Origin: Eledone cirrhosa
Taxonomy: Eukaryota
Direction: 5' to 3'
DNA length: 64,000 nucleotides
Assembly: GCA_964016885.1 (NCBI GenBank)
Contig: OZ024743.1
Location: 353,958,001 to 354,022,000 of the forward strand
The notes beneath the pieces were generated by a model. It did no database searches, was not told where the DNA came from, and was given only the letters and a program-made list of their open reading frames with translations. The translations under genes and the position numbers were made by a program. This document shows, piece after piece, positions 50,901-64,000 of this stretch. The first letter of the stretch is position 1. Every line of letters starts with the position of its first letter.

Positions 50901-53900
50901 AACCACTAACAGCACCAACAGACCACCAATACAACCATTACTAACACCAACAGACCACCATTACAACCACTAACAACACCAACAGAGCACCATTACAACC
51001 ACTACCAACACCAACAGACCACCATTACCACCACTAACAGCACCATCAGACCACCAATACAACCGCTAACAACACCAACAGACCACCAATACAACCTCTA
51101 ACAACACCAACAGACCACTATTACAACCACTAACAAAAACAACACACCACCATTACAACCACTAACAACACCCACCATACCACCATTACAACCACTACCA
51201 ACACCAACAGACCACCAATACAACCACTAACAACACCAACAGACCACCAATAGAACACTACCAACACCAACAGACCAACAATACAACCACTAACAACACC
51301 AACAGACCACCATTGCAACCACTACCAACACCAACAGACCATCATTACAACCATTACCAACACCAACAGACCACCATTACAACAACTAACAAAACCAACA
51401 GACCACCATTACAACCACTAACAACACCAATAGACCACCAATAGAACACTACCAACACCAACAGACCAACAATACAAACACTAACAACACCAACAGACCA
51501 GCATTGCAACCACTACCAACACCAACAGACCACCATTACAACCATTACCAACACCAACAGACCACCATTACCACGACTAACAAAACCAACAGACCACCAT
51601 TACAACCACTACCAACAATAACAGACCACCATTAAAACCACTAACAACACAAACAGACCACCATTACAACCACTACCAACACCAACAGACGACCATTACA
51701 ACCACTAACAACACCAACAGACCACCATTACAACAACTACCAACACCAACAAACCACCATTACAACCACCACCACCACCAACAGACCAAAAATAGAACCA
51801 TTAACAACACCAACAGACCACCAATACAATCACTAACAACACCAACAGACCACAATTACAACCACTACCAACACCAACATACCACCATTACAACCACTAC
51901 CAACACCAACAGACCAACATTACCACCACTAACAACACCCAATAGATCACCATTACAATCACTAACAACACACAAGAGACCACCAATACAACCGCTAACA
52001 GCACCAACAGACTACCAATACAACCATTACCAACACCAACAGACCACCATTACAACCACTAACAACACCAACAGAGCACCATTACAACCACTACCAACAC
52101 AAACAGACCACCATTGCAACCACTACCAACACCAACAGACCATCATTACAACCATTACCAACACCAACAGACCACCATTACAACAACTAACAAAACCACC
52201 AGACCACCATTACAACCACTAACAACACCAACAGACCACCAATAGAACACTACCAACACCAACCGACCAACAATACAACCACTAACAACACCAACAGACC
52301 ACCATTGCAACCAATACCAACACCAACAGACCACCATTACAACCATTACCAACACCAACAGACCACCATTACAATAACTAACAACACCAACAGACCACCA
52401 TTACAACCACTAACAACACCAACAGACCACCATTACAACCACTAACAACACCAATAGACCACCATTACAACCACTACCAACACCAACAGACCACTATTAC
52501 AACCACCACTACCAACAGACCACCAATAGAATCACTAACAACACCAACAGACCACCATTACAACCACTAAAAACACCAACAGACCACCATTACAACAACT
52601 AACAAAAACAACAGACCACCATTACAACCACTACCAACAATAACAGACCACCATTAAAACCACTAAGAACACAAACAGACCACCATTACAACCACTACCA
52701 ACACCAACAGACGACCATTACAACCACTAACAACACCAACAGACCACCATTACAACAACTACCAACACCAACAAACCACCATTACAACCACCACCACCAC
52801 CAACAGACCAAAAATAGAACCATTAACAACACCAACAGATCACCAATAGAACCACTAACAACACCAACAGACCACAATTACAACCATTACCAACACCAAC
52901 AGACCACCATTACAACCACTAACAACACCAACAGACCACCAATAAAACCATTACCAACACCAACAGACCACCATTACAACCACTAACAACACCAACAGAG
53001 CACCAATACAACCCTTACCAACACCAACAGACCACAATTACAACCACTACCAACACCAACAGACCACCATTACCACCACTAACAACACCCAACAGATCAC
53101 CATTACAATCACTAACAACACACAAGAGACCATCAATACAACCGCTAATAGCACCAACAGACCACCAATACAACCATTACCAACACCAACAGACCACCAT
53201 TACAACCACTAACAACACCAACAGAGCACCATTACAACCACTACCAACACCAACAGACCACCATTACAATCACTAACAACACACAAGAGACCACCAATAC
53301 AACAGCTAACAACACCAACAGACCACCAGTACAACCTCTAACAACACCAACAGACCAATATTACAACCACTAACAACACCAACAGACCACCATTACAACC
53401 ACTAACAACACCCAACATACCACCATTACAACCACTACAAACACCAACAGACCACCAATACAACCGCTAACAGCACCAACAGACCACCAATACAACCGTT
53501 ACCAACACCAACAGTCCACCATTACAACCACTAACAACACCAAGAGACCATCAATACAACCACTAACAACACCAAGAGACCACCAATACAACCACTAAAA
53601 ACACCAACAGACCACCATTACAATCACTACCAACACCAACAGACCACCATTACAACCACTAACAGCACCAACAGACCACCAATACAACCATTACCAACAC
53701 CAACAGACCACCATTACAACCACTAACAACACCAACAGAGCACCATTACAACCACTACCAACACGAACAGACAACCATTACCACCACTAACAGCACCATC
53801 AGACCACCAATACAACCGCTAACAACACCAACAGACCACCAATACAACCTCTAACAACACAAACAGACCACTATTACAACCACTAACAAAAACAACACAC

Positions 53901-56900
53901 CACCATTACAACCACTAACAACACCCACCATACCACCATTACAACCACTACCAACACCAACAGACCACCAATACAACCACTAACAACACCAACAGACCAA
54001 CAATACAACCACTAACAACACCAAGAGACCACCATTGCAACCACTACCAACACCAACAGACCATCATTACAACCATTACCAACACCAACAGACCACCATT
54101 ACAACAACTAACAAAACCAACAGACCACCATTACAACCACTAACAACACCAATAGACCACCAATAGAACACTACCAACACCAACAGACCAACAATACAAA
54201 CACTAACAACACCAACAGACCACCATTGCAACCACTACCAACACCAACAGACCACCATTACAACCATTACCAACACCAACAGACCACCATTAAAACAACT
54301 AACAACACCAACAGACCACCATTACAACCAATAACAACACCAACAGACCACCATTACAACCACTAACAACACCAACAGACCACCATTACAACCACTAGCA
54401 ACACCAACAGACCACCATTACAACGACTAACAAAACCAACAGACCACCATTACCACCACTACCAACAATAACAGACCACCATTAAAACCACAAACAATAC
54501 AAACAGACCACCATTACAACCACTACCAACACCAACAGACGACCATTACAACCACTAACAACACCAACAGACCACCATTACAACAAACTACCAACACCAA
54601 CAAACCACCATTACAACCACCACCACCACCAACAGACCACCATTACAACCACTACCAACACCAACAGACCACTATTACAACCACCACCACCACCAACAGA
54701 CCACCAATAGAATCACTAACAACACCAACAGACCACCATTACAACCACTAAAAACACCAACAGACCACCATTACAACAACTAACAAAAACAACAGACCAC
54801 CATTACAACCACTACCAACACCAACAGACGACCATTACAACCACTAACAACACCAACAGACCACCATTACGACAACTACCAACACCAACAAACCACCATT
54901 ACAACCACCACCACCACCAACAGACCAAAAATAGAACCATTAACAACACAAACAGACCACCAATACAACCAATAACAACACCAACAGACCACAATTACAA
55001 CCACTACCAACACCAACAGACCACCATTACAACCACTAACAACACCGACAGACCACCAATACAACCATTACCAACACCAACAGACCACCATTACAACCAC
55101 TAACAACACCAACAGAGCACCAATACAACCCTTACCAACACCAACAGACCACCATTACAACCACTACCAACACCAACAGACCACCATTACTACCACTAAC
55201 AACACCCAACAGATCACCATTACAATCACTAACAACACACAAGAGACCACCAATACAACCGCTAACAGCACCAACAGACCACCAATACAACCATTACCAA
55301 CACCAACAGACCACCATTACAACCACTAACAACACCAACAGAGCACCATTACAACCACTACCAACACCAACAGACCACCATTACAATCACTAACAACACA
55401 CAAGAGACCACCAATACAACAGCTAACAACAACAACAGACCCCCAATACAACCTCTAACAACACCAACAGACCAATATTACAACCACTAACAACACCAAC
55501 AGACCACCATTACAACCACTAACAACACCCAACATACCACCATTACAACCACTACAAACACCAACAGACCACCAATACAACCACTATCAACACCAACAGA
55601 CCACTATTACAACCACTAACAACACCAACAGACCATCAATACAACCACTAACAACACCAACAGACCACCATTACAACCACTAACAACACCAACAGACCAC
55701 CATTACAACCATTACCAACACCAACAGACCACCATTACAACAACTAACACAACCAACAGACCACCATTACAACCACTACCAACAATAACAGACCACCATT
55801 ACAACCACTAACAACACCAACAGACCATCATTACAACCCCTAACAAAACCAACAGACCACTATTATAACCACCACCACCACCAACAGACCACCAATAGAA
55901 TCACTAACAACACCAACAGACCACCATTACAAACACTAGCAACACCAAAAAACAACCAATACCTCCACTAACAACACCAACAGGCCCCAATACAATCACT
56001 AACATTACCAACAGACCACCATTACAACCACTACCAACACCAACAAACCAACATTACAACCACCACCACAACCACCAACAAACCACCAATAGAACCACTA
56101 CCAACACTAACAGACCACCATTACAACCACCCTCACCACCAACAGACCACCAATACAACCACTAACAACACCAACAAACCACCATTACACCCACTAACAA
56201 CACAAACAGGCCACCATTACAACCACTACCAAAACTAACACACCACCATTACAACCACTAACAACACCAACAGATCACAATTACAACCACTACCAACACC
56301 AACAGACAACCATTACAACCACTAACAACACCAACAGACCACCATTACAACAACTAACAGCACCAATAGACCACTATTACCACCACTAACAACACCAACA
56401 GTCCACCAATACAACAACAACCACCACCAATAGACCAAAAATAGAACCACTAACAACACCAACAGACTGCCATTACAATCGCCACCACCACCAACAGACC
56501 TCCAATAGAACCACTACCAACACCAACAGACCACCATTACAACCACCACCACCACCAACAGACCACCAATAGAACCACTAACTACACATACAGACCACCA
56601 TTACAACCACTACCAACACCAACAAACCAACATTACAACCACCACCACAACCACCATCAAACCACCAATAGAACCACTACCAACACCAACAGACCACAAT
56701 TACCACCACTACCAACACCAACAGACCACCATTTCAACCACTAAAAACATGAACAGATCACCATTACAACCACTACCAACACCAACAGACCACCATTACC
56801 ACCACTAACAACACCCAACAGACCACCATTACAACCACTAACAACACCAACAGACCACCAATACAACCTCTAACAACACCAACAGACCACCATTACAACC

Positions 56901-57919
56901 ACCACCACCACCAACAGACCACCAATAGAACCACTAACAACACCAACAGACCACCATTACAACCACTACCAACACCAGCAGACCACCAATACAACCACTA
57001 CCAACACCAACAGACCACCAATACAACCACTAACAACACCAACAGACCACCAATACAACCACTAACAAGACCAACAGACCACCATTACAACCACTACCAA
57101 CACCAACAGACCACCATTACAACCACTCCCAACACCAAGAGACCACCATTACAACCACCAGCACCAACAACAGACGACCAATAGAACCACTATCAACACC
57201 AACAGACCACCGATACAACCACTACCGACACTAACAGACCACGATTACAACCATTAACAACACCAACAGACCACCATTACAACCACTACTAACACCAACA
57301 GACGACCATTACAACCACCACCACCACCAACAGACCAAAAATAGAACCGCTAACAACACCAACAGACCACCATTACAACCACCACCACCACCAACAGACC
57401 ACCAATAGAACCACTAACAACACCAATAGACCAACGTTACCACCACCACCACCACCAACAAAACATCAATAGAACCACTATCAACACCAACAGACCACCA
57501 ATACAACCACTAACAACATCAACAGACCACAATTACAACAACTAACAACACCAACAGACCACCATTACAACCACTACCGACACTAACAGACCACGATTAC
57601 AACCATTAACAACACCAACAGACCACCATTACAACCACTAAAAACACCAACAGACCACCATTACAACCACTAACAAAAACAACAGACCACCATTACAACC
57701 ACTACCAACAATAACAGACCACCATTAAAACAACTAAGAACACAAACAGACCACCATTACAACCACTAACAACACCAACAGACGACCATTACAACCACTA
57801 ACAACACCAACAGACCACCATTACGACAACTACCAACACCAACAAACCACCATTACAACCACCACCACCACCAACAGACCAAAAATAGAACCATTAACAA
57901 CACCAACAGACCACCAATA

Positions 57920-60900
57920 CAACCGCTAACAGCACTAACAGACCACCAATACAACCATTACCAACACCAACAGACCACCATTACAACCACTAACAACACC
58001 AACAGAGCACCATTACAACCACTACCAACACCAACAGACCACCATTACAATCATTAACAACACACAAGAGACCACCAATACAACCGCTAACAACAAAAAC
58101 AGACCACCAATACAACCTCTAACAACACCAACAGACCAATATTACAACCACTACAAACACCAACAGACCACCAATACAACCACTATCAACACCAACAGAC
58201 CACTATTACAACCACTAACAACACCAACAGACCATCAATACAACCACTAACAACACCAACAGACCACCATTACAACCACTAACAACACCAACAGACCACC
58301 ATTACAACCATTACCAACACCAACAGACCACCATTACAACAAATAACAACACCCAACACACCACCAATACAACCACTAACAACACTAACAGACCACCATT
58401 AGAACCACTAACAACACCAACAGACCACCATTAGAACCACTAAGAACACCAACAGACCAGCATTACAACCACTAACAACACCAACAGACCACCATTTCAA
58501 CCACTAACAACACCAACAGATCAGCATAACAACCACTACCAACACCAACAGACCACCATTACCACCACTAACAACACCCAACAGACCACCATTACAACCA
58601 CTAACAACACCAACAGACCACCAATACAACCTCTAACAACACCAACAGACCACCATTACAACCACTAACAACACCAACAGACCACCATTACAACCACTAA
58701 CAACACCCAAATACCCCCATTACAACCACTACCAACACCAACAGACCACCATTACAACCACTACTAACACCAACAGACCACCAATACAACCACTACCAAC
58801 ACCAACAGACCACTATTTCAACCACTAACAACACCAACAGACCACCAATAGCACCACTACCAACACCAACAGACCACCATTACAACAACTACCAACACCA
58901 TCAGACCACCATTACAACCACCACCACCACCAACAGACCAAAAATAGAACCGCTAGCAACACCAACAGACCCCCATTACAACCACCACCACACCACCAAC
59001 AGACCACCAATAGAACCACTAACAACACCAACAGACCACCATTACAAACATCACCAACACCAACAGACCACCAATAGAACCAATACCAACTCCAACAGAC
59101 CACCATTACAACCACTAACAACACCAAGAGACCACCATTACAACCACAAACAACACCAACAGACCACCATTACAACCATTACCAACACCAACAGACCACC
59201 ATTACCACCACTAACAACACCCAACAGATCACCAATACAATCACTAACAACACAAGAGACCACCAATACAACCGCTAAGAGCACCAACAGTCCACCAATA
59301 CAACCATTACCAACACCAACAGACCACCATTACAACTACTAACAACACCAACAAAGCACCATTACAACCACTACCAACAGCAACAGACCACCATTACAAT
59401 CACTAACAACACACAAGAGACCACCAATACAACCGCTAACAACACCAACAGACCACCAATACAACCTCTAACAACACCAACAGACCACTATTACAACCAC
59501 TAACAACACCAACAGACCACCATTACAACCACTAACAACACCCAACATACCACCATTACAACCACTAGAAACACCAACAGACCATCAATACAACCACTAA
59601 CAACACCAACAGACCACCATTACAACCACTAACAACACCAACAGACCACCATTACAACCATTACCAACAATAACAGACCACCATTACAACCACTAACAAC
59701 ACCAACAGACCACCATTACAACCCCTAACAACACCAACAGACCACTATTAAAACCACCACCACCACCAAGAGACCACCAATAGAATCACTAACAACACCA
59801 ACAGACCACCATTACAACCACTAGCAACACCAAAAAACCACCAATACATCCACTAACAACACCAACAGGCCCCAATACATTCACTAACATTACCAACAGA
59901 CCACCATTACAATCACTACCAACACCAACAAACCAACATTACAACCACCACCACAACCACCAACAGACCACCAATAGAACCACTAACAACACCAACAGAC
60001 CACCATTACAACCACTGCCAACACCAACAGACAACCATTACAACGACCACCACCACCACCAACAGACCACCAATACAACCACTAACAACACCAATAGACC
60101 ACCATTACAACCACTACCAACACCAAAAGACAACCATTACAACCACTAACAACACAAACAGACCACCAATACAACCACTAACAACACCAACAAACCACCA
60201 TTACACCCACTAACAACACCAACAGGACACCATTACAACCACTATCAAAATAAACACACCACCATTACAACCACTAACAACACCAACAGACCACCATTAC
60301 AACCACTACCAACACGAACAGACCACCATTACCACCACTAACAAGACCCAACAGATCACCATTACAATCACTAACAACACACAAGAGACCACCAATACAA
60401 CCGCTAACAGCACCAACAGAGCACCAATACAACCATTACCAACACCAACAGACCACCATTACAACCACTAACAACACCAACAGAGCACCATTACAACCAC
60501 TACCAACACCAACAGACCACCATTACAATCATTAGCAACACACAAGAGACCACCAATACAACCGCTAACAACAACAACAGACCACCAATACAACCTCTAA
60601 CAACACCAACAGACCAATATTACAACCACTACAAACACCAACAGACCACCAATACAACCACTATCAACACCAACAGACCACTATTACAACCACTAACAAC
60701 ACCAACAGACCATCAATACAACCACTAACAACACCAACAGACCACCATTACAACCATTACTAACACCAACAGACCACCATTACAACCACTAACAACACCA
60801 ACAGACCACCATTACAACAAATAACAACACCCAACACACCACCAATACAACAACTAACAACACTAACAGACCACCATTAGAACCACTAACAACACCAACA

Positions 60901-63900
60901 GACCACCTTTAGAACCACTAAGAACACCAACAGGCCAGCATTACAACCACTAACAACACCAACAGACCACCATTTCAACCACTAACAACACCAACAGATC
61001 ACCATAACAACCACTACCAACACCAACAGACCACCATTACCACCACTAACAACACCCAACAGACCACCATTACAACCACTAACAACACCAACAGACCACA
61101 AATACAACCACTAACAACACCAACAGACCACCAATACAACCTCTAACAACACCAACAGACCACCATTACAACCACTAACAACACCAACAGACCACCATTA
61201 CAACCACTAACAACACCCAAATATCCCCATTACAACCACTACCAACACCAACAGACCACCATTACAACCGCTAACAGCACTAACAGACCACCAATACAAC
61301 CATTACCAACACCAACAGACCACCATTACAACCACTAACAACACCAACAGAGCACCATTACAACCACTACCAACACCAACAGACCACCATTACAATCATT
61401 AACAACACACAAGAGACCACCAATACAACCGCTAACAACAAAAACAGACAGCCAATACAACCTCTAACAACACCAACAGACCAATATTACAACCACTACA
61501 AACACCAACAGACCACCAATACAACCACTATCAACACCAACAGACCACTATTACAACCACTAACAACACCAACAGACCATCAATACAACCACTAACAACA
61601 CCAACAGACCACCATTACAACCACTAACAACACCAACAGACCACCATTACAACCATTACCAACACCAACAGACCACCATTACAACCACTAACAACACCAA
61701 CAGACCACCATTACAACAAATAACAACACCCAACACACCACCAATACAACCACTAACAACACTAACAGACCACCATTAGAACCACTAACAACACCAACAG
61801 ACCACCATTAGAACCACTAAGAACACCAACAGACCAGCATTACAACCACTAACAACACCAACAGACCACCATTTCAACCACTAACAACACCAACAGATCA
61901 GCATAACAACCACTACCAACACCAACAGACCACCATTACCACCACTAACAACACCCAACAGACCACCATTACAACCACTAACAACACCAACAGACCACCA
62001 ATACAACCTCTAACAACACCAACAGACCACCATTACAACCACTAACAACACCAACAGACCACCATTACAACCACTAACAACACCCAAATACCCCCATTAC
62101 AACCACTACCAACACCAACAGACCACCATTACAACCACTACTAACACCAACAGACCACCAATACAACCACTACCAACACCAACAGACCACTATTTCAACC
62201 ACTAACAACACCAACAGACCACCAATAGCACCACTACCAACACCAACAGACCACCATTACAACAACTACCAACACCATCAGACCACCATTACAACCACCA
62301 CCACCACCAACAGACCAAAAATAGAACCGCTAGCAACACCAACAGACCCCCATTACAACCACCACCAAACCACCAACAGACCACCAATAGAACCACTAAC
62401 AACACCAACAGACCACCATTACAAACATCACCAACACCAACAGACCACCAATAGAACCAATACCAACTCCAACAGACCACCATTACAACCACTAACAACA
62501 CCAAGAGACCACCATTACAACCACAAACAACACCAACAGACCACCATTACAACCATTACCAACACCAACAGACCACCATTACCACCACTAACAACACCCA
62601 ACAGATCACCAATACAATCACTAACAACACAAGAGACCACCAATACAACCGCTAAGAGCACCAACAGTCCACCAATACAACCATTACCAACACCAACAGA
62701 CCACCATTACAACTACTAACAACACCAACAAAGCACCATTACAACCACTACCAACAGCAACAGACCACCATTACAATCACTAACAACACACAAGAGACCA
62801 CCAATACAACCGCTAACAACACCAACAGACCACCAATACAACCTCTAACAACACCAACAGACCACTATTACAACCACTAACAACACCAACAGACCACCAT
62901 TACAACCACTAACAACACCCAACATACCACCATTACAACCACTAGAAACACCAACAGACCATCAATACAACCACTAACAACACCAACAGACCACCATTAC
63001 AACCACTAACAACACCAACAGACCACCATTACAACCATTACCAACAATAACAGACCACCATTACAACCACTAACAACACCAACAGACCACCATTACAACC
63101 CCTAACAACACCAACAGACCACTATTAAAACCACCACCACCACCAAGAGACCACCAATAGAATCACTAACAACACCAACAGACCACCATTACAACCACTA
63201 GCAACACCAAAAAACCACCAATACATCCACTAACAACACCAACAGGCCCCAATACATTCACTAACATTACCAACAGACCACCATTACAATCACTACCAAC
63301 ACCAACAAACCAACATTACAACCACCACCACAACCACCAACAGACCACCAATAGAACCACTAACAACACCAACAGACCACCATTACAACCACTGCCAACA
63401 CCAACAGACAACCATTACAACGACCACCACCACCACCAACAGACCACCAATACAACCACTAACAACACCAATAGACCACCATTACAACCACTACCAACAC
63501 CAAAAGACAACCATTACAACCACTAACAACACAAACAGACCACCAATACAACCACTAACAACACCAACAAACCACCATTACACCCACTAACAACACCAAC
63601 AGGACACCATTACAACCACTATCAAAATAAACACACCACCATTACAACCACTAACAACACCAACAGACCACCATTACAACCACTACCAACACGAACAGAC
63701 CACCATTACCACCACTAACAAGACCCAACAGATCACCATTACAATCACTAACAACACACAAGAGACCACCAATACAACCGCTAACAGCACCAACAGACCA
63801 CCAATACAACCATTACCAACACCAACAGACCACCATTACAACCACTAACAACACCAACAGAGCACCATTACAACCACTACCAACACCAACAGACCACCAT

Positions 63901-64000
63901 TACAATCATTAGCAACACACAAGAGACCACCAATACAACCGCTAACAACAACAACAGACCACCAATACAACCTCTAACAACACCAACAGACCAATATTAC
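57920..64000. repeat. Higher-order tandem duplication, period 3345 then 3377 bp (about 57920-61264; second copy from about 61265, truncated by the window end)
   Basis: CCGCTAACAGCACTAAC at 57923/61268 (+3345) and TAAGAAC at 58441/61818 (+3377). Near-identical spurious ORFs at 58912/62289 (+3377). Confidence 0.92.

Larger units (their letters stand above)
1..64000. repeat. Tandem satellite array of a 32-bp A/C-rich monomer (consensus ACCACTAACAACACCAACAGACCACCATTACA), about 2,000 head-to-tail copies, running off both window ends
   Basis: The monomer recurs continuously from base 1 to 64000 in one orientation. Consensus composition is A15 C13 T3 G1. Common variants: ATT/AAT, TAC/TAG, TAAC/TACC, ACT-AAC-AAC replaced by ACC-ACC-ACC, and 31-, 33- and 44-bp length variants. 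No unique-sequence interruption seen. Confidence 0.99.

Noticed and set aside
23608-57145. Chi-like CCACCAGC (reverse complement of GCTGGTGG) near 23608, 23886, 41566 and 57135
   Set aside because: It is one substitution away from the abundant CCACCACC, is not located at the duplication breakpoints I mapped, and nothing suggests an enterobacterial genome.
2715-62504. Minus-strand Val/Leu/Gly/Trp/Cys-rich ORFs resembling small membrane proteins
   Set aside because: The hydrophobicity is the direct translation of a G/T-rich repeat strand. Duplicated ORFs simply track the DNA duplications.
1-64000. CRISPR array (the 32-bp repeat length is in the CRISPR range)
   Set aside because: Monomers are directly adjacent with no unique spacers, and there is no palindrome, leader or cas gene.
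1-64000. Canonical telomerase-synthesised telomere
   Set aside because: There are no TTAGGG/TTAGG-type tracts. Heritable variant haplotypes and kb-scale duplications indicate recombination or replication-based growth rather than copying from one RNA template.
1-64000. Great-ape 32-bp subterminal satellite (pCht/StSat)
   Set aside because: Only the length matches. As I recall it, that satellite is AT-rich and unlike this A/C-skewed monomer.
1-64000. Transcription-factor or translation motifs in the monomer (GLI-like GACCACCA, CCAAT box, homeobox TAATGG, Kozak-like CCACCAT)
   Set aside because: These are short, imperfect matches expected in such a sequence. There is no gene context or binding evidence.
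1-64000. Mobile-element insertion, inversion or hairpin-forming RNA gene
   Set aside because: I saw no non-repeat segment or strand switch. The scarcity of G and T on the + strand precludes substantial stems.

Overview
The whole 64 kb window is one uninterrupted, single-orientation tandem array (satellite or very long minisatellite) of a 32-bp monomer, consensus ACCACTAACAACACCAACAGACCACCATTACA (about 2,000 copies; 28 of 32 consensus bases are A or C, so the minus strand is G/T-rich). I see no credible gene, RNA gene, CRISPR array or transposon. The listed ORFs are by-products of reading the repeat. The information lies in the arrangement of monomer variants. There are five near-identical kb-scale tandem duplications (periods 2149, 6739-6835, 3257, 2444 and 3345-3377 bp), older diverged and long-range duplications, region-specific diagnostic variants that split the array into sub-domains, and (ACC)n microsatellites expanding inside the monomer. 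I do not recognise the repeat family or the organism, although this architecture is typical of eukaryotic heterochromatic or subtelomeric DNA. I found no new protein-coding system. Offsets were read by eye from landmark variants and duplicated ORFs, and block boundaries are approximate (within about one monomer).
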